From the human T2T-CHM13v2.0 reference genome, Homo sapiens: DNA of 64,000 bases. The notes under the pieces were generated by a model. It ran no database searches. It saw only the letters and a list, made by a program, of their open reading frames with translations, and was not told the DNA's origin. The stretch lies in NCBI RefSeq assembly GCF_009914755.1, contig NC_060930.1; one strand, given 5' to 3'. Below, piece after piece: positions 13,531 to 28,041 of the stretch. The position numbers and the translations under genes were made by a program. The first letter of the stretch is position 1. Each line of letters begins with the position of its first letter.

Positions 13531-15741
13531 TGGCAACACAGACCACCAAGAAACCCATCGTCAAAACGGATACTTATGCAGCTATTTAACTTAATCATAC
13601 TAACAATGAAAATACATCCCAGTAATGCTGGGCCCTTGTCTGTTTAGCCATTGATCAAATAATTGTGTTACCTCACCCACAGACCTCTTCCCTAATAGTG
13701 CAAAGATGCTAAGTGAGTCTTCCTGCCATCCCTGGTTCCTGCCTCTTGCCCACCAGTAATGCTGACCAGATCACCTGGCCTTTTTGCACCCTGGTTTCCT
13801 CTTTGCCTGCTTTCTTTCATATTTTAAAGGTAATTGCTATTTGGGAAAAATGTAACAAATAGAAAATAAAATGTATATACTATAGAGATATAATAACCAT
13901 TAATAGTGGTTTTTTTCCCCCAGTGATCTTATTAGTGCTGAAATTCTTACTATCTTTAATAACTTATGAGTCAAAAATAACTCTTGCCACTTATGATGCT
14001 AATCAGGCGGAAGTTTAGACATGCTGTCATCTTCCCCTACTTTCTCTTAATTTTATATGTTAGGATCTTTGGAAAGTGAAATGACACATAAGTGGCAAAA
14101 CAGTGCTTGGGAATGCTCCACAATTGTGATTGGTGATGATGACCATACTGGTGTCAAAGAGGTAAATATCTCTGATATTAGACAGTCTTCTCAAATAATT
14201 GTCAGACTTTTTCTGACCCTCTATGTATACCAGTTGCCAGGTTGGGTTCTAGGAATCTGGAGCAGGAGCTACTTCCTGCTGTAGACTCATGGAGATAAAC
14301 GCCAGACACCAAAGCCTCTTATGGCCTCTGACTTCTTTAGTGTCTGTGTGAATCTATCTTCCAAATCATGAAATGGTGTTTTCTCATACTTTATACTCTT
14401 TCCTGAACGTAATTCAAGGACTATGGGTTATTTATTATTGAAAATCCACTCTATACAAGTAGTGCCTGTTATAAGGCATAGACCTTATAAATGTCCCTGA
14501 ATGAAGGAACTAAGAGCGTCAGGACATCAGATTTCCATGTTTATTGAGGTGGATGGTTTGCCTCATGCTTGTGGATGCCCAGGGATAGGGCCATTCGCAT
14601 GGTGCTGGTTTGGACCTGAGTCTTTCCAAACCTTTCCTTACCTTAAAATAATAACTTGGAATTCTTGTAGAGGTCCTAGTATTAACAACTTCTTCCCAAA
14701 GTAGTTTTCACAAAAGAAAATAACCGTGGTTGCTGTTCTAGTAAGTGTGTACCTTAAATTGTTCTACTGGCTGGCTAATAAGTTAGAATTTCAGAGATTT
14801 TTCAAAGACAGTTTTTCTGAAAGTAGGCATGGTAGGAGGATATAGATGTAAGAGGGTAGGTTCAGGTTGGGCCTGAGATGGAAAGAAAAAGGAGAAGAGC
14901 CCAGAATCTTGGGAGTTTAGAGAGATTTCTTTAAATATCTCAGAAACCTGAACTATGAAGTTTCAGAGCAACAAATAACTTTTTAGACATAGCTATGCTT
15001 CACTTTCCCATTATCTTTTACTCATCTGTACCCCATTTACTTATTGATACATTGATTTATTCAACTCTTCAATGTATTAAAAATATATTATATGCCAGGA
15101 AATAAAAATGGGCTCACAGACTACTGATATCATTTATTAGTTCTTTCCCTGCTCAGCCTACCTGTTAGCATCTTCTCTTGAATGGAAATACATATATGAC
15201 CCTTAAAGGGGGAAGATGTTATTATTTGGGTTGTGAGTATTAGATAAATATTTTAGAACATTCAAGTTTATAAAATGAAAATTGGAGAATTGCATCAATA
15301 TCATTAAAATACGAATATTAGAGCTGAAAGAGATACTAATCCAAGTAAGTACTAGAAAATGATATTTCATTTTTTTTCTGTAGCATCCATAACCGCCCCC
15401 CCCACCTTTTTATTTAACAACTCCATGTGAGTTCTCTAGATAATATTGGTAGAGCCCTCAGTTCTGCTTGTTATTCAGCAAAGTTATGCTTGGACAAAAT
15501 TAACTTTTTTCTCATTAAAATCTTAGGTAATATTCCATTTCATTACTTGATGAACAATATAACTTCTATTACCAAAAGCATTTTGCACGAGCTATATTTA
15601 ATATTTACTCTAGACTCATTGGACTTTAATTCAACTAACAAACATTTTTTTTTCCTGATATATATGCTGCTGGCAGTACTCTAAACTGTGGATCAACATA
15701 CCCATCCCTGGTCATAGTTTCACAAATACTCAGCTTAAAAA

Positions 15742-15816
15742 ATTTTTTTTCTGGCTTTATTGAGTTATAAGTGATAAATTAAAAGTATATATATTTATGG
15801 TATACAATATATTTTC

Positions 15817-15863
<47 letters not shown>

Positions 15864-16310
15864 CACACACATTGCTAAATGGTTACCACAATCAAGCTAA
15901 TTAACATATCCATTACATTGGTGAGAACACTTAAATACCTACTCTTTTAGCGTATTTTAAGTATATGATACAGTATCTCGAACTATAGTCACCATGCTGT
16001 ACATTAGATTTCATGAACTTATTCATCCTACGTAACTGAAACTTTGTGCCACTTGAAAAACATCTCCCTGTGACCCTCCACTCTGCAGCCCTTGGCAGCC
16101 ACCATTCTACTCCCTGCTTCTATGAATTTTGACTTTTTTAGGTTACACGTATGAGTGAGATCATGCAGTATTTGTCCTTCTGTGTCTGGTGTATTTCACT
16201 TAGCATATTGTGTTCTAGGTTCATCCATGTTGTCAAAAATAGCAGGATTTTCTTCTTTTTTAAGGCTGAATAATATTACATGTTGGTGTGTATGTATGTA
16301 ATATGCACAC
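15742..16310 (-). mobile_element. L1MA-type 3' end, containing (TA)n at 15819-15857 and resuming at ~17616-17660 after the NIP7 retrocopy
   Basis: Typical L1MA 3'UTR (...aaggctgaataatatt... / cacattttctttatcc...acagacacttag). Confidence 0.8.
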
Positions 16311-17615
16311 TTTTTTTTTTAAAGGACAAGGGGGCTGACACCTGTCATTTCCCAGGCACTGTGTTACATGCTTTATAATCATGATTCTTCTAATTCTAAA
16401 AACCATTCTTAGGTAGATGGTTATAGCTATTTTTTTTAAGTTTTGTGGGGTTTTTTTTAAAAGAAGAAAATGAAGCTTATTAAGTGGAATGACTCATCCA
16501 AGGTCATTTAGCTGGTAGGCGGCAGAACTGGGGTTTGAACCCAAGTTTTTCTTCCACACCACATAACACTTACTATAAATTGCTGTTATTATTTGAGTCA
16601 AATTTCATTTGTGAAATCTCAGATGTGACTTACTGTTCTGATATGGCAGTATCTATCTTTCATATTAATAAACAGATAAAAATCCATATGCTGTTATCAT
16701 GAGTTTGGAAAACAAAGTGTTATCACAGATAACAATAAGCTATTCTTGGCCTTAGTTCCAACGGTTTGGAATCTGTTACTCAGAACAAGAAGCCCTCAGA
16801 TTCAGATACGAAACAGAATATTTAGTCACAAATGCAAAAATCTGAAACCCCAATTTTGAGCCATTTCTGTACAAGAAGAATCCAGCCTGTGTTTGTCGTG
16901 ATGGATAGTATATAAACTAAGAAGACCTGAAGAGGTCATAGTGTTGACAAAATTCAACCCGATGGTGGAATACACACAAACACAGGAAACAAAGCTGGGC
17001 CTTTCCACACCACTGTTAAGTCCTTGCAGTGACTTCATTTTAAGTCACCGTCTCTTCATGCCACACATATTCACCAGTGTTTGCTTGATGAAATACCACA
17101 AATCGGTGGGGTCTCCTTTTCTGCAGTCTTGCGTAGATGTGGCTGCCACCCCAAAACCCAAAGGGATGTCTGCCACCACCACTTCCTGGCCAGGAGAAGT
17201 ATTTTTCATGATTTGACTCAGACCAGATTTCAACATATCGTCTCCATATAGAAAGGACTGCTGTGCTCCAGGTTTTATCCACACTTTATACTTGGCATAG
17301 GGTGCAGGGTAATCCAGAGCTGTGATGTTCAACTGAAACTTGTAGGTTTTGGTGAATTTTCTGAAGCAGGTCACAGGGAAATCAGATATCAGTGCCAGCT
17401 TCAGAATCTTCTCACTCACGTAGTACACCTGGCCTTTGTGCAGCCGAGAACAGTAGGTGCCATTGAGCCTCTCAGCTGGCAGCTAGAGATTCTCCCTAAT
17501 GTATTTCACAGTCTCCTCAAACATTACATGGGTCTCCTCTTTAGTCAAAGGCTGCGTTTTCCCACTGGGTTGGAACACTGGATCCCCGTGCCTCAGTAGT
17601 GGGAAACAAAAGTCC
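16311..17615 (-). pseudogene. NIP7P: Processed pseudogene of NIP7 (60S ribosome biogenesis factor). CDS-equivalent 17040-17557 plus 5'UTR and ~730 nt of presumed 3'UTR
   Basis: Intronless match to NIP7 (YYVSEKI.KLA...KFTKT.KF...[24 protein letters not shown]...[20 protein letters not shown] / VVFHQA..GEYV.HEET.T). Lesions: ATG>ACG (17555-17557), in-frame TAG (17483-17485), deletions and a frameshift near 17100. A-tract at 16311-16320. Confidence 0.93.
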
Positions 17616-17781
17616 CACATTTTCTTTATCCCTTCAGCCATCAACAGACACTTAGACAAATGCTATTATTTACTGAACCAAGATATCTTTTATAAAATGC
17701 ATGTGTGCAATACGTACCTGTTTATATGGAAAACCAGTTATCTTTTAGAGTTGTGAGAATCTATTAGAAAATGCCCAGCTT

Positions 17782-18075
17782 GGCCGGACGCACTGGCTTA
17801 TGCCTGTAATCCCAGCATTTTGGGAGGCCGAGGCAGACGAATCACAAGGTCAAGAGTTCGAGACCAGCCTGACCAACATGGTGAAACCCCATCTCTACCA
17901 AAAATACAAAATTAGCCAGGCGTGGTGGTGTGTGTCTGTAATCCAAGCTACACAGGAGGCTTGGCAGGAGAATCGCTTGAACTTGGGAGGCAGAGGTTGC
18001 AGTGAGCCAAGATCACACCACTGCACTCCCGCCTGGGTGACAGAGTGAGACTCTGCTCAAAAAAAAAGAAAAGAA
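17782..18075 (+). mobile_element. AluS (Sg-like)
   Basis: Full dimer with A-tail. TSD AGAAAATG(C/T)CCAGCT at 17766-17780 and 18076-18090. Confidence 0.95.
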
Positions 18076-18090
18076 AGAAAATGTCCAGCT

Positions 18091-18270
18091 CAATAGCTGA
18101 CATTTTAAGATCTTATGTGCTAGATCTAATTCTAACAACTTTGCATATATTATTTCATTTACTTGTCATAGCAGCCCCGTGAAGTAGGTACTATTATTAT
18201 TCTCATCTTTAGAGATAAAGAATTTGAGGCCTAGAGGTTAAGCATCCTAGCCAAGATCACCATGGTAAAG
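18091..18270 (-). mobile_element. MIR
   Basis: gaagtaggtactattattattctcatctttagagataaagaatttgaggcctagaggttaag. Confidence 0.7.
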
Positions 18271-19914
18271 CGACTGTTTTCTGTGGATATATTTCTTTAG
18301 GATTTATGAGAAACAGTATAATTCCAAGAATAGCACTACTTAACTAGGAACTACTGTGTTGGCTATTCCTTGTTAAGATTTGTGTGAAAGTGTAATCCCA
18401 CTACGTCTGCTTTCCAAACCATCTCAAATTGGTGAACACTGTTTTTAATTCTTTACAATTGAAAGAGCTATGTTGTTTCAGTTCTAAAATGGGCTAGTTC
18501 AGAATTTGCTAATTAAAAACGAAGCTAATTGAAAAGCAAATAGTGCGAATGTCGATATATTTGTTTTTATTTCGAAGAAGTGTCAAACATGCTTATTTTT
18601 TAGGACATCATGGCTTGTTATAATGATTAAAAGGCAGAATAGTATGACTAAAAACTTCTCAATATTTTGGGAGACTTTTGAATTATTACTAATATATGAA
18701 TCCTTACTAATGGGGTACATGTAGAACTTCATTTTGTAGTATTTATATTTGTATAGAATTGTATATTTAGCATGAGTTAAATATGGCAGGGGAATGCTCT
18801 TGATTACAACTATGATATTGAGAGAGTAAGAATAGATAGTGAATATTTTTTCAGTCTTGCTTTTGGTTTGATTTCCCCATAAATCTTGATTTCTCACATT
18901 GGTAAGTGTTAGTTTATAATTGCATTATTAGTTTTGTGACCAGTAGGATTTGTATAATTGCAGCAGAGTAGAACTTTTTCAGATTAATTTAGTAAATGAT
19001 ATTTTGATCATACATGATTTAGAAAATGACTGATAAAATAGTGCAACTACAAAAAAAGATGTATTCTTATGATTTATAGCACAACTATTAAAAATACAGA
19101 AAAAAGGATAAAGAGTTATTTGGCAAAAATTCTAGTAGAAGAATATTGGGGGAAAATGCTAAGAGTTTTGGAGCCCATGGGAAGTAACTGACCTTATCAA
19201 AGTGTGGATTTTTTGGGGGAAAGAAGTCTCTCAGTCTACTAGTAACAATTTGTGGGTAATTAACTTAAAGAATAAATTCTGTGTTATTTGGTACAAATGA
19301 TGATTAAACTCTTGTGTAGAATTTGGATAATACAATTATTATATTTTGAATAATACAGTCTAAAGCTGACTCCAAAGCAATATTGAGAACAATTGTATTT
19401 GAAATCCACCTATTTGTATACTTTTTTTAACTTTCAGTGTCGATACCACAAAATTCTTGTACATTTTAATACACATTGTATACTACAGTGTAATGATATT
19501 GAACTGCATTTAAAATGCATTTTACTTGCAGTGTTAATAAGTGTATTGGAATATTAAAAAACATTTTATAAGACAGTAAAGAGCCCTTCCAGTTTTTAAA
19601 ATTTGGTTGTTTTACTTTATGGCACTTTACGATCTAGTTTTTTGATTTGCAAATTACACATGTGGGTCATGTTATGAGCTATGGTTCTTTAGATCTTTCT
19701 TGTCATGGGAGTAAGGAGAGAAATAGGAATTTGACAGTTTTTTGCTTAAAAGGCATTATAAATATTAATATTAAGACATCTTCAATGTGAGGGCCATTTG
19801 TATAAAAGTTGTGTCTTTGAGACCTAGTACAGCACTTGAGTCTTCTGTCCCTCATTTTAAAAATAACATTCTATGATTCTCATGATAGTTAGGTCTGATT
19901 CAACTTTGTGTTCA

Positions 19915-20100
19915 GATTGGACTTGTGTTTATTGAGAGTCTTCCATGTGTCAGGTGTTTTGCTTTTCTTATTTGATCCAGAAGAGACTTACGTGATAGAT
20001 ATTACCACTGTTATTTTGTAAGGAAACTGAAGCCCAAGGTGTTGAGGAATTCCACAGGTTCATAAAGCCAGTAGGTGGCAGAGCGGAGAGTTGAATGCCG
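19915..20100 (-). mobile_element. MIR
   Basis: tttattgagagtcttccatgtgtcagg...ggaaactgaagcccaag...agtaggtggcagagc. Confidence 0.65.
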
Positions 20101-20399
20101 CCCTCCTATGGACACCAATTTCAAAGGCTACTTTGGCATTTTTCCACCAGTGCATGCTCTCAGGTATTTTCAAGTATTCCTCTTCTGTTTAATTTCCTTT
20201 CATTGTTACCTAAAGCCATCAACTTATGCTTATGTTCCATCCCTTACAAACTAGCTGAAATGCCGTGGTAGCAGTTACACATCACTTAGCTAATACACTT
20301 TCTCAGAGTGGGAGCACCACCTTTGCTCTTCTGGGCACATCACACCTCTCTTTTCTGCCTTACATTCCTGGTTTCCACAATTTTCAAGAACAGGTACCC

Positions 20400-21370
20400 A
20401 TTTTTTTCAATATTTAAAATTGGGAAAACTTGGATATGTGTATAGTATATATCATTCTTTTATGCTAAAGGTGAGGGATATTAATTCAATGAACACATGT
20501 ATGTGTATCTGCTACCCAGCAAAAGAAACTTAACATTAGCATTCTTTTTGAAACCCCTATGCCATCTCCCTGATGGCATTCCCTGTGTTTCCTCATGTAG
20601 TTAATTATGCTGAGTCTTATTCCCTCTGTCCTTCTAGAAAGTATACCACTCCACATCCCATCCACAATAATGTTTTTCTTGCATGTTTTTAAATTATATA
20701 TTTAAAAGGAATTACACTGTATGTATCTGCTTCTGCAACTTACTTTTTTGATGTAACATTGTGTTTTTGAGATTTGTCCATACTGATGTGTGGGGCTGTT
20801 TATTCATTTTTCACTGCTCTGTAGTTTACAATGGTGTGAGTTTATCAGAATTTTTTTATCTGTGATGGATATTTAGCTATCCAAAATAATACTGCTCTGA
20901 AACTTCTTGTACATGTTTCCTGGCTGCATGCAAAAGAATCTTTCTAGGAAGTATACCTAGGAGTGGTATATTAACTATGTATATTTTTCTGCTTCACTGG
21001 CTAATTCCAAATTATTTTCTAAATTGTTTCATGTTTTTACCAGCAGGGTATAAGGGTACACCCACTTGGTGTCATTTAAACTTCAAGGTTTGCCAACCAG
21101 TGGTTGTAAAATGCTGTCTCATTTTATTGTATTTGTATGATACTGATTCGAATGATGGTGAGCATTATTTTTATATGTTGATTGGCCATTTGTGTTTACT
21201 CCTCTCTCAAATACCTGATTGTACCTTTGCCTACTTTTTATCAGATTTTTTTTTTTTGGTGGTGGTGGTTTTTTTAGTATTCTTACATATTTTTGATATT
21301 TATTTTCGTTAGTTATATGTGTTGCAGATACTTCCAGTTTGTGACATGTTCACTCTCTCTAGGGCATCTT
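20400..21370 (-). mobile_element. L1ME-type 3' fragment
   Basis: Degenerate L1 3'UTR/ORF2 end (gaagtatacctaggagtgg; tgagcattattttttatatgttgattggccatttg). Confidence 0.65.
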
Positions 21371-21862
21371 ATGTGTTATCTGCAGTTAACTTCTATCTAA
21401 GAAAGACTCCATTGTTCAAAATAATTCATTGAGATTCAATAAATTACTTACATTGTTCTTTTCCCAACTTTCCAGTGGGACTCCAAGTCATTGTATATTC
21501 AAGAAAAAACGTGGCACCCTTGTGAATGATGGTAGAGAATGTTTCATTAATTTTTTTTGATGACCTTCCTTTTTCTAATGGAATTAGTTGACCATTCTTT
21601 TAATAGAATTTCTGATTCTAGGTTTACTTGCAAAGGTTCTGTGTAAATCATTAACAGAAGTTTATATTCAACATTTGAATTCAAGAAAAAGTTACTTTGC
21701 TTCTTATGTGATAATAACTAGTGCCACATTTTCTTCTTTTGTTTTTTTTTTTTGTTTTGGTTTCCAGCAGGAGAATGTTTCCAGTTGAGGATTATGATAA
21801 GCATTTAATTACTGAAAATCCTTACATAGAGTCTTATTTCAGTAAAAGATTTTCTGCCAAAA

Positions 21863-21867
<5 letters not shown>

Positions 21868-21913
<46 letters not shown>
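21868..21913. repeat. (CA)~23 microsatellite
   Basis: Read directly. Confidence 0.97.
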
Positions 21914-21915
<2 letters not shown>

Positions 21916-23155
21916 TAAATGTGAGATGTTCCTAGTCTAGAAAATATATAGGAATTCCTGTTTCAGGAAAATTTTGACAAAGTTACTTAGATGAAAACTC
22001 AAAAAAAAGATTTGTTACTTCTGAGTTTCATTTAATAGCTGATTTGTACATGGTAACAAATGGAATTGATATTAGGATCCTATTCCTTTGATATTTACAA
22101 AACTACTTTTTTGTAGGAACTAAATGGATACTCTTTCTAATATATGAAACTAATATTAGTATAGTTCACAGTTGTTCCATTTTATTTTTCAGAAGTTGTG
22201 GGACCAAATTTAGTAATTTAATTGTAAAAGACAAAACACCATAAACTATTTGATTAAATTCTATTTTTGCTTTTTTTTTCAATTTATTTGGCATATACTT
22301 AGGAAAATGTAGTAGAGATTTCAAGTTGTAAAAAAAAATTAATAACATAAAAACCACATAAACTTGAAAGCACCTCTTTCAGGTTTCATTTTTTACATTT
22401 AATTATTTTATATATCATCAATGCTAGTTCTACTCTTAAACTCATGTTTCACTCCTAAAACATGTTAAATGAATTTATAAACTTACTTCTGATTATTTGG
22501 TTGAAATTTGTTAGCATCTGAAAATAAACATATACAGGAAAATAAGGTACTTAATTTACAGTGTGTGGTAAAAACTGTGTTTTTTCCTTAGAGTCAGGAA
22601 TGTCTTCAGCGAGCTGGGCATCTTGATAGAATGATAGCTTAAAGCAGTCGATGGCAGTGGCTGAGATAAGCAGGAAGCAGTGAAATATATTAATAGTGTT
22701 CTTCCAACCTTGAAAAATAGAATTTGGGACTGCTTTTCTTGTTTCTTTTTGTTTCTTGTGAACTGTCTGGCTCAGACTGAAGATGTAAGGTTCTGTATTT
22801 ATCAGTTCTAAAAGTTATTTTCGTGTTCTGATGCCTTCATTACATCTGTCCCAGTTGCTTCACATATATGTCAGTCTGAATACATGGAAATCAAACAAAT
22901 TCCAAAGCAAAATCCAAAAATCTGGATTAACTATTCTCTGTGTTTCATGGTGGGAAAATTTGATGGATAAAATTATAGACATTATGGTTTGTGTCTTATT
23001 TGGAAGAAGACTATGGTTCTGTCCTTTTGCTCTTACTAGGAAATTCCTGGAGACCGGATTTTGTTATTTTGAATAATATTTAGAAATAATATTAAAATGC
23101 CTGATAAATTTGCCTCTGGCATAGATAAACACTAAAGGAATTTTTAGAAACATAG

Positions 23156-23497
<342 letters not shown>

Positions 23498-24207
23498 TTT
23501 CCCACCTCTTTAATTGTTTTTGTTCAGGTTGAATTTGTTCTACTACTTAAAACTTTTTTTAATCCTATGAAAATTTCCAAGTCACACTGTCCTTGTTAGC
23601 TATAGTTAAGGAATGAGAGTGTGCCATTTTTTATTGCTGTTAATTTAATATTTTGTTGCATTACTTTTTTGTTTTGCATTTTGGGTGTTTGATATATAAT
23701 TTTAAAGATAAGTGATTGTTTTATGGATAAGCCTAGGAAGTAAGTTATTCAGTCAACAAAATTAGCTATAGTAATTCATTTTATTATAATCAAATCAAGA
23801 AAAATTAGGACTGTCATTTATTGCAACATTGTCAAGTTTGTAGTAGTGTTTGGTTGTGTTGTGTTTTCTCTGTTAGATTTTAATCTGTAACAATTACCAA
23901 AATATTTGTAATGCTTTATAATAAAGAACTGATGTGAGTAGAATGTCTTAAACCTTTTTATAACTTGAGAAAAAACTTAGAAAGATTAGGAGCTTTATCA
24001 TTATGATTTTTCACACACATTGCCAAATAAATACAATCATTTTTATATTTTTATAATGAGGATATTCAGAGTTCATGTATTGGTGGTGTCGGGTATTCTG
24101 CAGTCAGATATTTGGATATTCTGGGGATTTATGTAATTGGAATCCTTTTTATAACAGACAGTATGAAAACAAACATATTCTTCTTACAACATTAAAGTGT
24201 AAAAGGA

Positions 24208-24548
<341 letters not shown>

Positions 24549-27145
24549 TTACTTTAAATATATGACTCTAAGTTTAGAATTCAAATATTTGGGTGTATTT
24601 AAATTAACCTTGATTTTTAATGAGTTAGTAAACGGACTCTTAGATTTTATTTGTAATCCACACCAGACTTTGGGACAACTGTTTGTTAGACTTCACACCA
24701 GTAACATGTTCCCTAAGGGGAGTGGGTGGGATAGCAGGAAGTAAACCAGGAGTGGTGAGCCAATGGTATTTGTCCCTGACAACTGTGAGTTAGTTCACCA
24801 CATCCCAGCCACAAATATGCATGATAGGAGAATGAGAGCTCTGTTTGGCACATAGTTCAAAAACAGACGTTTTCAAACAGGGGATCTTAGGCTGATGGCG
24901 TTGAAAGTTACTGGATTTGTTCTAAAATGTGCTAGTTGCCAGCAGTGAAGAAGTGATCTGAGGGAAAAGGGTTCAATTAGAGAATGTATTATGTACCAAT
25001 TATAGATTTGATTCGTACATCAGATTGATACATGAGAAATGGAATGCCTTTTAAATCTAATATATCAGCAAAGTTATAGGACATAAGAACTTCTGGTTTC
25101 TGTCTTGAAGCATTATAATAGATTGAAAGCTTCTTTAAACTCTCCTCCTCACTCTGCAGTGAGAAGTTGGACAGTTGTCCTCAACAGAGGACAACTGATA
25201 ACAGCTAACTATTAAATGTCCCCAAAAGAATTTGTTTAGAAAGGTGTGATATGATAAAAAGAATGGGCAACAGTGTTTCCCTTATCATACGTTTTGTCAG
25301 AGCATAAGATCTGAGTTCAGTAACTCTATGAAATGCTAAAAAAAAATCAACATTAAATTGATGGTAAGAAGAAATGCTGATTTTCAAAATGCAAAACTTT
25401 TTCTGTTCTTTATTATCTCTTAGTAAGAAGATTGGCCACATCCTTGCTTCAGGATATATCTACAAGTTTCATACTTATTTAAGAGATTAAAGTGGGTCCT
25501 GTATTATTTCATTAGAACTCCTGTCCTGCTATTGTCATCTTATGGATTATTCTTGAGATTGTTTTCCCTTCACCTCTTACCTAATATTTGTTTTTTTACT
25601 AATGTTACATAATCTACTCTTAACATTTTAGAGTTTTCTTTAAAGTATCCCCAGTGATCTGAAAATCAAATTTGTATCTTCCATCCTATAAAATAAAAAA
25701 TAGTTTGTTTCATTTTTTGAATTTATTTTTCATTTCCAGATACTTACCAATTCATTTTTTATTTAGTTTTTAATTTACTATTTTATTTTTAGCAGTAATA
25801 TAGCTCAAAATTGTGAACTAATGAAACCAAATTTTTGATACTTTCTGAACTTGTTTTAACATTTATGTGATGGTATTTGAGAGCAGCAAACACCTGTTTT
25901 GTCTTTGGTAACTCTTTCAATTTGGTATGCAGTCTAGTGTTTGTACAGAGCACTGTGCCAGGCAGAAATCTTTCCTTACTTACTTCTGGAAAGCACCACA
26001 GAAGTAAAAGGATGTCCTCCTCGTTTTCCTATCACAGTTAACATATGCACGGTTACCAGCCATGTGTCCCACAGCCTGACTTGTTGATTATGGTTACAGT
26101 TAATACTAATGAAAAAAAACTTTCATGCTTTGTGTGGTGGGTGTGGTGGGCAGTTTGAGGCAGGAAGAGTCCCTGGGGATATGATAAAGGAATATAGATA
26201 ACCTGAGATTTAAGTCCATTGTGTGGTTAAAAGGGAATCAAGCAAATCAAAAGTTATCTAGGCTTCAGAACAAAGGTGGCTATGTACTTTTTGAGTAGGT
26301 GGCGTCAACCTGTGATTTTTAGACAGCTTGCTAAATAGACTTTATCATACTCTGACCTCCCAACTTCAGATAAAAGGGGTAAGAAGGAATTTCTCAGAAG
26401 CTCCATGACAATAAGTAAATAACTGGAGTTGCTTTACTCAAAATGGGGGAAAGAAATCCCTTTGGATTAAAGCCAGAGAAATTCTTAGCTGGCCACTTGG
26501 AACTTTCGCCTTAACAAAAGAAAGTATGTGCCAGGGGGAAGAGAAGGTTAAATAAATTATTGTTAAATGAATTAAATAGGAATAAATCTAGGGAAAATAC
26601 TTACTTTATCTGTATCTTACAGTTTCCTATAGTTATGTTATAACTTATGTTTCTTAAACTTAAGTATGCTATAAATCTTTTTGATCTACATTGTTTAAGT
26701 GTCATGGTATTCAAACTGAATAGAAAGTTCAGAAATAGACCCAAAAAGACTGGGAAATTTAATGTATGAAAAAGATAGCATTTCAGATCAGTGGAAGACA
26801 GATTATTCAATAAGTGGTGTTTGGCCTATGGATAGCCATCTGAAAAAATACAGTTGTGCCCTACCTCACACCTAATACCTAAATAAATTCCACAGAGATC
26901 AAAGGTCTATGGATTAAAAAATAAATTATAAAACTACCAGTAGAAAAGGTAGGGGAATATTTTATATATGTATAAAATAATATAAAATATATATATATAT
27001 ATTTTTAATCATGTAGTCAGAAAGCCTTTGAAGTACGACCTCAAACCCAGAACTATAAAAGAAAAGATGTATGAATCTGACAATATTAAAAAAAAACTGC
27101 ATATAAAGAAAAATACAAGTAAAGTTAAAGATAAATGACAAACTG

Positions 27146-27485
<340 letters not shown>

Positions 27486-27852
27486 TCATGTAATGGAGCT
27501 ATAGTCCTAATATATAAGAAGTTATAAAAAGTTCATTTTAAAAAGTATTTAAAGCAAAACAATAACCCAGTTGAATAATGGATAAAGAATTATAAATGGC
27601 CTTAAACCTATGCAAAGATTTAGTTTTATTTGTAATGAGAAATTGCAAATAGAAACTGTTACAAGACTTTATATAAACTTTAAAAATGTTAAATGCACAT
27701 TCACCCAAGAATTATATCTCTAAGAATTTATATTACAGATACGGTTGCATGTGTGCAAATGATGTATATACAGGGTTATTGATTATACCATTGTTTGTAA
27801 TAGCAGAAGAAGGAACTGCTCAAATATTCATTCATAAGAACTAGCTACATTA

Positions 27853-28041
<189 letters not shown>

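Noticed and set aside
17045-17428. 127-aa NIP7-like ORF as a functional retrogene
   Set aside because: Start codon lost, upstream in-frame stop, internal deletions and a frameshifted C-terminus.
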